Source: a virus
IMG/VR virus record: IMGVR_UViG_3300050498_000097
Coordinates: 2,700-66,699 of that record
Length of the DNA: 64,000 nucleotides
Reading direction: 5' to 3' (one strand)
In this document: positions 46,301-58,300 of the stretch, piece by piece
Numbering within the stretch: the first letter of the stretch is position 1
Layout: each line of letters opens with the position of its first letter
Position numbers and translations under genes: made by a program
The notes under the pieces: generated by a model
What the model was told of the DNA's origin: nothing
The model's input: only the letters and a program-made list of their open reading frames with translations
Databases searched by the model: none

Positions 46301-49300
46301 GGCAATTTCCCGCATGTCCGTAACGTTGATCTCATCGGTCTCCATCATCTGCAGGGCAGCTTGGGTGGAGCCCGATTGCTGAAGCTTGGTGATATAGGCG
46401 TCACGGGCCTTGTCGTCGTCAGCCAGGTGACCTGGGTACTTGATCTTCTTACCGGGCGCTGCCCTCTTCACTGTGACCGGACGAGTCGGCACCTCAGGTG
46501 CAGCTACCTCGGGCACAGCCTCAGGTGCAACACTCTCTGGTGGTGGATCCAGCCGATTGGCCAAGAAGCGAAGGTTGTTGGCGTCAGCTCTGGCCTGTAG
46601 TTGACGTTGGTCTTCTGTGTATGGTCCACCGGATATGAAGTCCTTGTCTTCGTTCTTCCGGTGGTGCTCTAGAGTGTCTGCCTCCCGCCGCAAGCTCTCG
46701 GCAATCTTCTTGCGATCAACGCCTTTGGCGTAGTCCCTTTGGGCCGCCTCGACCGATCCGGTTGCGTAGAAAGTACGTGGGAACGCTAGGCCGCTGTCAC
46801 GCCTGAGGGCATCGAACTCGTCCTGGCGATCCCTACGCTGCTGTGCGACCGTCTTACGTGGAGCCCGAGCCTTGGCCTCTGGCTCCCGGATGATGTCCAG
46901 CATCTTGCTGGTCTTCCTGTCCCGGCTCAGGGTCGGGTCGATGTCACTGAAGAGGTCTGATCCCTTGAGGGTGCGATCAAACTGGCTCTGGGTCAACGAG
47001 TCCAGGTACTTCTTACCTTCAGCCCGGTCACGGGCAACGTAGACCTGGTCAATGTGCTCGAACGGAGCTGGACGCCGGCCCAACGCCGGAGACCAGGCGA
47101 CTTCATCCGAGTCCCGAACCTTGCCCCATTCAGACTGTGGAGAGCGCTTGGTCGGTGGAGGAGGTGTCCGGCGCGCGGTACCAGTGGCTCCTGGTACGGC
47201 CTTACGCAAAGACTGAGTGGTGGCCTCAGTGTCAGCGTTGGTGTCGGCAATCGCCTTCTTGGCGACCCGTGGTGTTACTCCCTTACGTGCAGTGGTAACT
47301 GCAGGAGTTCCAGAGATGGCGTCAAGCGTGTCCTGGGCACCAAGAGCATCGATAAGCTGCTGCTTGTTCATCCGGCTGTAGCCACGGATGCCAGCCTTGG
47401 AGGCTCGGTCCTTTAACTCGGGCAATGTAGGCCCACGCCCAGCACGGGTGATGGTCGGCTTAACTGGGGCAGCCTTCTTAGCAGCGGCTTCACGGAGATC
47501 GGCGTACTTCTTCATCTCCGCGTAGCGCTTGACCCACTCTTGAATCTGACGCTTTGAGTAGTTGTTGGTGTACTGGCCACGAGCACCCGAGTCAGTACGG
47601 TGGAAGAGGATGTCATAACCCTCTTCCTTTCGGGAAGTCTTTGGCGTGTGCTTGACGATTGTGGCCCAACCACCCCCACCAGTACTAAGAACATGCCTAC
47701 CTGGCTGGATGTCTTCATTTGTAAGAGCAGGCTTGCCGTGAGGACCAAGGCTGCGCTGCGCGATCTCCCACGGCACAGGCCCATTCGGACCTTCGCCACC
47801 AAGCTCTGGTGGATTTGGCGTGCGCCCTGGAGCAGCCTTCTTGACAGCCTTGGGCACTGGTGCCTTCCGTGGTGCCCGCGCCTTCTTGACCGGAGGCCCG
47901 ACTTCCTCTGGAGCCATCGCGTCCAGAAGGCGCTTCTTGCCTTCAGGCAGATCCTTGGAGCGTGTCAGGCCGACGCTGGTAAGAGCGTTGTCCAGCTCTG
48001 CCTTGCTTCTGAGTCGGGCAACAATTGCCTGAGCCTCGTTGCGGGTCTTGGCCTCTCCCAGTTGCTGAAGAGCCTCGCGCCCAGTGAACTTGGGCCCAGC
48101 AGGAGCAGCCTTGACGGCCTTGGTGACAGGAGTTACTGCAGGCGCACCTTCAGCCTGGTACCGCTTGTAGCCCTTGGGACCATCCGGCTCCTGTGACTTC
48201 TTCAGGGCATCGCGCAGCTCCCGGAACTGCTTCGCCTGGGCCCTGAGTCTCTTCGCCTTGTCTTCATCCTTCTGGTCAACGGCTGCCAGTACGGCTTCAT
48301 TGTTCAGGCGCGTGGCAGTGGAGCCAGCCTTCTGGGAAGCGCGGGCCGGAGTTACATCTCCACCACGTACGTCGGATACCAAGGTGTCATAGGCACGGCT
48401 GCCTTCAATCTTGTGCTCATCCAAGGCGTCAAGGGCAGATTGACGTCTGGCGTCTACAACCGACACCCGGCGAGCGGCAGGGAAGGCCTGGACCTTGGGG
48501 CCTAGATTCTTGACTCCATTCCAGCTGGCGCCATTCATGATGGAACGCCCTAGGGGGCCAGATTCGGCAATCTCCCGTGGGCTCGGGGGATCGTCACCCT
48601 GGAACCGCTCCAGCCAGGACCGGATCTGAGCCTTGTCCTCGTCGCTGGCGTCATGCCCGTCCCAGCCATTGAACCGATCCATCATCCTGGTTGGGACATC
48701 GCCAAAGCCACCGCGACGCGCCCGGTCCCAGTCAAATCCCTGACGGGCCCAGAACAGCCCACCGTCAAAGGCTGGGTCCACGGTCATGCGGGTGTAGCCC
48801 TGCTCCCGCAGCTCTTCCTCTATCTGGCGGTGGAACTGGCTACTGAAGCCCTTGCCCTGATGCTCCTTGCCGATAGCCAGCATGTCCGCGTGCGCGGTTC
48901 TACGGTCCGGGAACAGGTGGTACCGGAAGCCACCGACGATCTTTCCGTTGCTATCCCGGATCTGGCCCTCAGCAACGATGCGGCCGGTCTTATCAGGAAC
49001 TGCTGGCCGGTCCAGGCGCGTAGTTAAGCCGTTGGCACGGAACTTGAATGCATCACCAGGGCGAGCGGCAGGGAAGGCCTGGACTTCGGGGCCACGACGC
49101 TTGCGTGGAGTAGGTGCACCCTCGGGTACGTATGTCAGTGTCTGGTGACTAGGCCATCCGTTACTTAGCCCAGACCCTTCACCCCGGTCACCAATACGGA
49201 CTTCATTCCCGTCAGGATCACGGCCGACAACTACGAACCTGTTGGTAGTCCTACTGAAGCCTCGGGTTGACTGCACCCGCTCAATGCGATCCACGGTAAT

Positions 49301-52300
49301 GGTTGTGGCCCGAGTCTTCCGAGCGCTTGGCTGCCAAACGCCACCAGTATGTTGTTCGGCAAGGACCCGGTCACCCTTCTGAAGCTTGCCCAGGGCGATT
49401 TTGCCATTGGGACGGACGCGACCTTCTGTGCTAGGTACAGCTGCAGCTGCCTTCTTAGCTGGCGGCGCTGCCTCGGGAACAGCCTTCTTAACAGCAGGAG
49501 TCTCGGGTACCTCGCCAATCCAGAACGCAGTGTTGGGACTTGCTCCCGTACTAGTTCCATCAGCTCGTGTGATCTTGATACGATGACCATCACGCTCGAT
49601 GGCAGTAACTGGTGAAGGAACAGCCCACTTCCCCTTGTAGCCAGATGCGGCACGGATGACGTCCCCAACTTCAAGGTTGGTTGCACTCTTGCGCCGTGTG
49701 CCGTCTGCCAGTGGTGGTAGGAACTTCCCCGCCCTCTTAGCTGGCGCAGCCTTGGCTGCTTTCGCTGGTGCAGCCTTCTTAGCCGGGGCCGGCTTAGCTA
49801 CCCGAGCCAGTCGCCTTTGCGCAGCCTCCATGGTTGGAGAGCTGACGGTACGGCCGTCACGGTGGAGATTGCCATCCGGGTCAAGGAGGTACCAACGCTT
49901 GTTGCCAGCATGCTCAACGATGTCCCAGCCGGGGAACTCTGGCTGCCGGAAGATTGTGCCCCGGTTCGCAATCACGTCATCAGCGCTTGTGACCGTCTTC
50001 TTGGCTGGTACAGCCTTCTTGGCTACCGCTGGCCTTCCGCCAACGCTGCTGGGACGTACCCGGTCCTTGACGTCGCCTTCGCCAGGACGCCGGCCACGGA
50101 ACCCACGGAGGGCAATCGAATCCACACGCCGGCCAGCCGTACCTTCGACAATTTCTCGCCTGAGGCCAGGCATGTCCAGGCGGGTATACCCAGGAACACT
50201 CAGCTTCTTGGCTGCCTCCAGCAACGGAGCCCGACGCCAGTCGGCAACCATTGCCGCAGCTTCCTCGCGGCTGGGTGGGTTGTCGAAGTCACTGAGTCGA
50301 GCAAGGGTTGCATCTACGTCTGGTGCCTTTGCAGCAGCTCTGGTTACCTTTACCGGGCGCTCAGGCGCAGCCTTTGCCTGCGCCTTGAACCGACCTGGTG
50401 TCTGGACCTGAGACAAGGCTTCGGCCAGTGCCCTGTCGTGTGGCAGGTCTCGGTCACGGTTGTCGAAGTAGTCCCTCTGCTCATTCGGGGTCAGTGGGTC
50501 AACGTCTTCACGCTGAACTGGACTTAGCCGACGACGGTCTCCAAGCGGGGCAGCCGCTCCCTTGGCTCGCTTCGCTGGGAACGCCTGAGCTTCCATGCGC
50601 TTGGTCGTACGCAGGCGCGAGCGCCGCTCCGACTCCCTTTGTTCTTCTGCTTCTTGGGCAAGTTCTTCCTCAGTGAAGAATGGTCTGACGCCCTTCCTTG
50701 CATCAGCAGGGACGGCTTTCCTCCGGCGTGCGAAGGTGCCGTGACGCTCCAGTCTGTCGGCAAACTCTCGAAGCCGGCCTGCATCGGCTTTGGCCAACTG
50801 CTGCTGCCGTAGACCACTTAGTTTCGCACCATCAGGAGTCTTGATCGATTGGAGGTTTTCAATTCGATCGGCAGCAATGCGCAGTTCCTCAGCAACTGCT
50901 ACTTGGTCACCGGTGGCTGTGTACTGGAGGCCGCCGTTCTGCAGGGCTTCCCGAGCCTGAGTAGACGCAACAGTGTTCTGGAAGTTGTTACGTTCAAGGA
51001 GATCTTTATATACCTGCTGGCGGTTTGCCCGGATTTCGACAGCTGACTTACGTAGCGACTTAGTCTGAGGCTCGGGCTCACGGATCTTGCGTAACAAGGC
51101 GTCAGTGATACCGTCCCGGTCCTTGGCAAGATGCTCTGGGCCGAGATCTAGCGCCCGTACCAGTCTCTTGAACCGGTCCTCGTCCATGTCATCGATGAAC
51201 TTGTGGGCATAATCCCGGTCTGTCGCCATGTAAATGGAGTCAGCATCATCAAACGCCCGGCTAGGACGGCGGCCTGTGATTGGACGCCAGGCCTTTTCTG
51301 GGTCATCACGATGCATACCCCAGAAAGACTTTGGCCGCTTCTTGGTCGGCATCGGCTCTGCGAACCGCCGGACCTTTCCTTCTCCAGCGGGGACTTCGAT
51401 AGGCAGTATCTCTTCACGCAGGAGTCGGTCACTGTTGTAGCTGTCTACGATCTGCTTCCGGATCGCAGAAGCAGAACGCAGGTCTGCGAATCGTGGAGCA
51501 GAGATCAGGCTCTTGGCCAGTCTTCGCCAGGCTCCTTTGTCGTTGCCCAGCTCCAGTTCATCAAGTATTTCCTCTATTTCCTTGGCGCTAGCGGCTGTCT
51601 CTAGATCTGCTCTGACCAGGTTGGGGTTGGCAGCTCTCTTCACCCTTGCTACTGGAGCTGCAGGAGCGGCAGGTGGCACCTGGATCTTGCGCGGAGGAGG
51701 CGTCTTCTTAACGACAACGGGAGCTTCGAGACGTTCAGGCAATGGCGCAAACGGCTTGATGTTCGGGCCCTCGCCACGCAAGTGCCGCTCAACAGCCTGG
51801 TCAAAGGCTTCGGTCTTACCGAGTTCGATTTCGATCAGTTCATAGATTGCCGCCGCCTTGCGGACAGTACGGGCCTTCCCGGCATCCGTGTCCCTAAGCT
51901 CACGTGCCTGCAGGTTAAGTTCCCTGGCCTCTTTCCGCAATATCGGTCGAATTTTCTCCGGGGTCAGCCTCCTTGCCTCTAGTCCTTCGATGAGTTCCTT
52001 TCGGAGCCCATCGTGTTCAGCCGGCATCCGGTGCTGGTACTGGTCAAGGCGGTCAATCGCCGCCTGGGCCTTTGCCTTGTTCAGTGGTGTATCCGCAACG
52101 AGGCGTGGGGCACGGGCACGGGTGGGACGCTGCAGGACGGAAGCGTCGCCAGCCTCATGGCGAGCCAGAGCTGTTTCTAGCTCAGGTCTGGCCATCCGGC
52201 TGAAGCCAGGTATCTTGGCGTCCCTGGCCTTGTCCCGCAGACTCTTCAGCGTGACCCGTGGCTGAGTCTCGCCCGTACCGCTGGTGCCAGTCGGCGCCCT

Positions 52301-55300
52301 GCGGGGGATGGCCTTCTTAACCGAAGGCGCTTCTGGTACGACCTTCTTGGCAGCCCGAGTGATGGTCGGCCTCTCGGGTGCAACCTTCTTGGCAGCAACA
52401 GGTGCAGCCTTCTTGACTGGTGCAGCTTTCTTTACCGGTGCGGCCTTCACCGTTATCTTCTTGGCTGGCGCCTGCTTGGTGATGGTCGGCCTGGCACTCG
52501 CAACCGACTTCCGGGGCGCTCTGGCTACAACCGGCTTGTCGGGATCCAGCTTCAGTGGGTTGGCATTGCCCTTGGCCAGGTACAGGGCCTCCTCATGTGT
52601 TGGTATCCCGGCCTGCAGACGGGCGAGGTAATCCTCTTGTTCTACAAGAGACAGTCGCTGGACATCTTTGCGATGCTCTGGTGGAAGCGCATCGACCAGC
52701 GCCTTGATACGGTCTGGGCCAAGGACTCTTGGAACCGCCTTCTTGGTGGCCCGGAATGCTTGGTCTGGAAAGCCGACCAACTGGGCCGGTACGCGAGCAG
52801 TTTTCCCTCTTCCCATTCCTGCTCTAACGGGAGCCCTTAAAGCTGATCCAACGCTTGGTAGCCGACGACCGCGAAGTCTTTCGATATGAGCTATCTGCCT
52901 GCGGCCATAGTCCGGATAGATTTCATCGAAATGTGTGGCACGCTCTGGGTACAGATCACGGAACCAGATGTCTTCTCTTCTGCCGTCTCCGTCAGAGAGA
53001 ACGCCAGTGCCTACAACATCTGCCAGATACGCTGCATGAGCCTCAGCAAAGTCCTCTCCATATGAAGAGCGTCCATATGGGGTTACACCCTTAGGCACCT
53101 TGACATGGGGATCACCTCTACGAGCTGTACCCCATTCGTCATAAGCCTTCTTTAGGCGCCTTGGAAGAGCGGTACGACGTGGCTCAAATCCAGAAACCTG
53201 AACATGCGGATTATCAAGAACCGTAGCGGCTGCATATGCAGGACTGGCCTCACCTAACTTGAGACCGCTCTTTATCGAAGCCATGTAACTGGCATTGTGT
53301 CCAGTCTCGTGATTCATAATGGACTGGAAATCCTCAATGCCGACTCCAGCTCTCCAAACAGTGGTGTGTCCACCACCAGCAGTCGCCTGTGCCTCAAAGT
53401 CTCCTTTATCGTCAGGATTTCTACTGGTTACAAAAGCGTAAGACTTCTGTGCGGCGCGCGCCTCAGGTGGTAAAGATTCGAGGTGACGAACTAGCAGACG
53501 ATGTGCGCCCGCCCCCCACTCGGGGCCATACCTCTTGGCCCCTGGGTCGCGATGCTCTACAACGTAGGTGACCCCATCGTGCCGCCAGGCCGTACCAGTG
53601 TAGATCTTGTATCCGTTGTACAGGGCAAAGTCCCGTACTGGAACACCCTCGGGGCCCGTATCCTCTCTCAGCACCCTGGCCTGATCGTCAACTGAGAAGA
53701 CTCGGCCGGTAAGCGCGCCGTCTTGTCCAATGCCAGCAGTACGAAGAGGTGCTGAACGGGCACCGGTAGGTAGCCCACCAGTAGCTCCAATACCAATGTC
53801 CTGTGTAGCAGGCCCTCGCCGCCGACCAGGGACAGCCTTCTTAACTGATGCCTTAGCAACCTTGGCGGCTGGTGCCTTGACTGGTGCAGCCTTGGCAGCC
53901 CTCTTGATTACCGGCCTGCCGCGTGGTCGTAGCTGCAGACCTGATTCTTTCGTCAGCGACGTGTACACGAACGAGTCAGAGAGGCCCTCGGACTTGGCAA
54001 TCTCCGAGATACCTTTCCCAGAGACATACTGACGTGCAATTCGCTTGTTCAGCGCATTACGTTCCGGAGTGCCCTTCGCAGGGATGCGGGGAACAGCGGC
54101 AGCAGCGGCCTTCTTAACGGGAGCTGGAGCAACCTTCTTAACAGGGGCAGGAGTTACCTTCTTTGCCGCCCTGGCAACACGAACAGGCTTGGTAGAAGGC
54201 GCAGGCTCAGGAATACTGACTGGCCGGTACAGACGCATACGTCCGCGCCCTTTACGGCCAACTGGAACTTCCAGCTCTTCAATGACTCCCTGGTCACGCA
54301 GTGACTGCAATACCTTGGGCCCAACAATCGGGATCTCGGCACGTGCAACCCAGCCTCGTCGGCTTTCTGGCAGGTTGGTATCCTCAGCCAGGTTCTTGGC
54401 GTGCGCACTCCGGATCCGGCCTAGAGCCGCCTGCTCCAGAAGAGACATCCTGGTGCCACGAGAAAGTATCCGGCGACGTCTGCGTTCTGCTGCATCAGCC
54501 TTGGCGCGCGTGACCAGTCGCTCAGAGATGCTTGCTAAAGCCTTCTTGACCAAGGCTGTAGCAATGGCTCCACCGATCTTTGCGGCTACGCGAGGAACTC
54601 CGAATGGTTGAACGGGTACCGGTGCAGCCTTTGGTGCGGCCTTAGCCACCCTCTTGCGGGGGGTGGCCTTCTTGGCCAGTGCCGCCTTCTTGGCTGGTGG
54701 CGGCGCCATGACGGTACGGCCATCACGAGTGATCCGGTACCGACCGTCCCGATACTCTAGCCAGCCCCGGTCGACAAGGCGCTGGGCCACGTCCTTACGC
54801 GGGAACGGGGATTCGCCGTCAATGAAGCGCTGGAGTGTCGCCCTCTGTGCCGGCGTTGGTTTGCCAACAGCTTCACCTGCACGAGTGACGGTCGGCTTCT
54901 CCGGAACAGCCTTCTTGGCAGCCTTGATCGGAGCCTCGGGTGCAGCCTTCTTACCGGGTACTGCCTTCTTAGCCCGAGGGGTCTTTAGCTCAGGCTTTCC
55001 GCTAGTCTCCTGGCGACTTAATGCCTCCTCCAACTGCTTCCGCGTCATACCTGAACGGCCACGGATATCCGCGTTGCGGGCGCGCTCATAAAGTTCAGCT
55101 CGCGTCTCCCGCTTAGCTGGTGCCGTTTCAGGTGCAGCTTTCTTCGCAGCCCTGGTGGCTGCCTTCTTGACCGGAGCAGCCTTCTTGACCGGAGTCTTAG
55201 GTGCAGCCTTAGCTGGGGCAGCCTTGGGCGCACGCTGAGCCCTGGGCGGGGCTGCAATCCGTCCCTCTTCCGCATCCCGGTCTTCCTGCTCAGCATCCAG

Positions 55301-58300
55301 GGCATCAGCAAGTCGACGGAGACGCTCAACATCATCTTCCTGGATGAAGCCAAGCTCCCGAGGAGTCAGCTCCCGGACCAGGAGTGGGTCACCGATGTCC
55401 TCATTGGACAGTTCGTCTGCCTCTAGCTCATCGGCCTCCTGCCGCAGGCGCCCAGCAAGGTCGTCCAGGCGATCTGGATTCGGATCTTCATCAATGACAT
55501 CGTCAATGATCCGGCGAGCACGTCGGGATGCTGGTACCTCAACGTTGGTACCGTCACGAACGTTGGCCGCGTCACGAGCGTCAATGACCCTCTGGTGTGT
55601 CTCTCGAACCTGTCTTTCATGCTCAGCCCGGTCAAAGGCAGATGGAACATTGGTGTGACGAGGGGCCTCGCGGGTGATGGTCGGCCTCTCTGGGGCCGCC
55701 TTCCTCGCTACGGCTGGTTCGCCCTCACGGCGAGCCCTAGCAATTGCTGCCCTGGAGAGCTTGTACCGATCTCTGTCTCTCATTTCATAGAATCGATCAA
55801 ACACAGGACGCATTGCTTTAACAACCGGGTCATTGTCACGTCGCTGTTGAATGATGTCGTTGAGAGTTTGTTCTATGGCCTCATCATCAGCGATGCCTTT
55901 CTCAGCATCCTCACGAAGACGCCGAAGAGAAGTTAGCGGGGCAGCTTCCCCCTCGATTCGTACCTTCTTTAGATCGTCGTTATCTTCTGCTATAACTGCA
56001 TCGAGCCAGTCGAGGCGTTCCCTCTTGCGACGCTCTGTGGGTGTGACTCGTGGCGCTGCCTTCTTAGCTGGTGCAGCTGCCTTTTTAGCTGGCGCTGCCT
56101 CCTTCTTGACAGGAGCGCGCTTCATAATCTCGATCTGGCGCTCAGTCTCTGCAATGTCTGCCGCTACGCGCTCACGAGTGGCAGCCCGGACCCTGGCATC
56201 CTGGTCCTCTTTGGCCTGAGCTGCCTTAGTGACCTTCTTGGCTGGCGGCTTGATCAGGCCCGCGCGCTTGGCGGCAACGATCCGGCCGATGAAATCGTTC
56301 TTGTCCCGGTCATCGGTATCCGGGTCACTGTTGCCCACGCCCAGGCGCATGGCCAAACGAGCCAGGTCATCGTCTGGCAGCTGCTTGAGGTAGGTAACTA
56401 GCTTGGCTTCATCCTCAGTGCGCCGGACACGGGCGGCCTGAGCCATGCTCCGTTCCTGCTCTTCATCAGACCAGTTCTCAGCCTCCCGCTCGGTGTCTGA
56501 ATCAGAGTTGCGCCACCGGTCCTCGACCTGGTTGGGGATCTCGACCCGGCCGATTGTCTCTGCTGGCCGTTCCTCGGCCGCAGTTCCCGCGCGCCGGGCC
56601 CGGATGTCATCGGCCAAGTTGCGACGGGCCCGTTGAGCCGGAGTCAGATCAGCTTCTGGAATGTCAGCTTCACGATCAGCCTGATCCAGGGTCCGTTGTT
56701 CAGCCCGAGTGAATTGGGCCTCCGTCACCGGGCCAGTAAGTCTCTTCGTACTTGTCGGAGGGGCAGCCTTCTCTGGCTTCGGAGGTGCTTCGAACCGGAC
56801 GTTCTCATCGTCCATGCGCAGGTTCTTGGGCAACGGCCGTGGCTCTCCGGCCATGACCTCATCGCCCTCGCGCCACTTGACCGCAACGGTTCCCTTGCGA
56901 CCACGACGGACGACTACACCTTCAGCTGTGTCTCCATCTTCGGTCTCGAAGAAGACGACGTCTCCTGCGCGGCCAGTAGCTGCACGACGGGAGGTTCCAC
57001 CAACCTCCTGGCTCGCCGGCATCTGTACTGCCTTCTTGGCGGCCAGCTTGCGCGGACGAGCGAGGTTGGGTCCCTGGTCAAGGGGCGGCAGCAGTTCTTC
57101 GCCACGTGATTCACGGAGAACGTTCTCAGCCGTCCGCTCGATACGTCTTTCATCATCATTACGGGGATAGCCGGGAAACCTCGAACGAAGATCACGGTCC
57201 CGGTTAACTTGGGCAATCTTCTGAGCCCTGGTCATGCCCCGAATATCGGACCCACCACGGGTGTCTCCACGCGGCGCTTCGGGAGCTGGAGCCTCCGATT
57301 CGCCAGTCTCCTGCTGACGCATGAGTCGATCAATCAGCTGGTCTCGTTGTTCAATCGCCCGCTGCTGTGACTCCTGGAATACCTGGCGCTGGCGATCTTC
57401 GCGTGCTGCCCGCTCCTCCAGCCTGGCTTCACGTTCATCCAGCCTCCGACGCTCTTCCTTAACCCGTGCCTCGGCCTCAGGGATGATCTGTCGACCAGGA
57501 GCCCTGCGAGCCTCAGGCGTAAGCATCTCTTCCGGCGCTGGCGGCTCACGATCACTCTTGAGAACACGACCAGGCTCAATTGGCCCTTCAGGCTTGGGTG
57601 CAGGACCAGTTTTCTCGCCTGGTGCAGCAGGCGGTAGTCCGCTCTTTGCCGGTGGGCCCTTTCGAGGTGGCGCCGGTAGTGGCTTGCCGTCAGGACCGAG
57701 GCCACGACGGGCCAGTTCCTCAGGAGTGGCTTCAACAGCCTTAGCTCGGGATTCAGCAACTTCGCGAGCAGGAAGCTCCTTGCCCAGGCTACGGGGAGGG
57801 CCAGATCCGGTCTTGGGCATGACGGTGGCGTACACGTACATGCCGCCACGGCCGTTGTCCTCGACCTTCATGATCTGGATCGGCTGTTCCCGGTCCAGGA
57901 TCACGTCCCGGTGGCCATCACCAACGACAACGGCCTTAGTTCCCTTGGGGGTGACCAATGACCAAACGATGTGGGGACCGTCTACCGATTCCGGCTCGGT
58001 AAGGTTCGTTGGGACATAGCCCTTGCTGGAGACAAGCCGCCCGGTCCATTCCTCGACCTCAGGCATACGCTCTTTCGGCAGACCAAAGGTTTCTGGTCCA
58101 CCGACCCAGGTAAGAAGCATGTCCCTGGGCAGTGGCTCCATCATGGAATCTAGGTCGTGGATCTCACGGTGGGGGCCCTCGCGCTGGGCCTCTACATCGA
58201 CTACGGTCGCGGGGTCGAATCCCCGGTAAAGCGCACCCTGAATCTCGTCATAGCCCTCCTTGGTGTAGAAGTGGCTGATCGTCTCGTCCTGGCGCTTATT

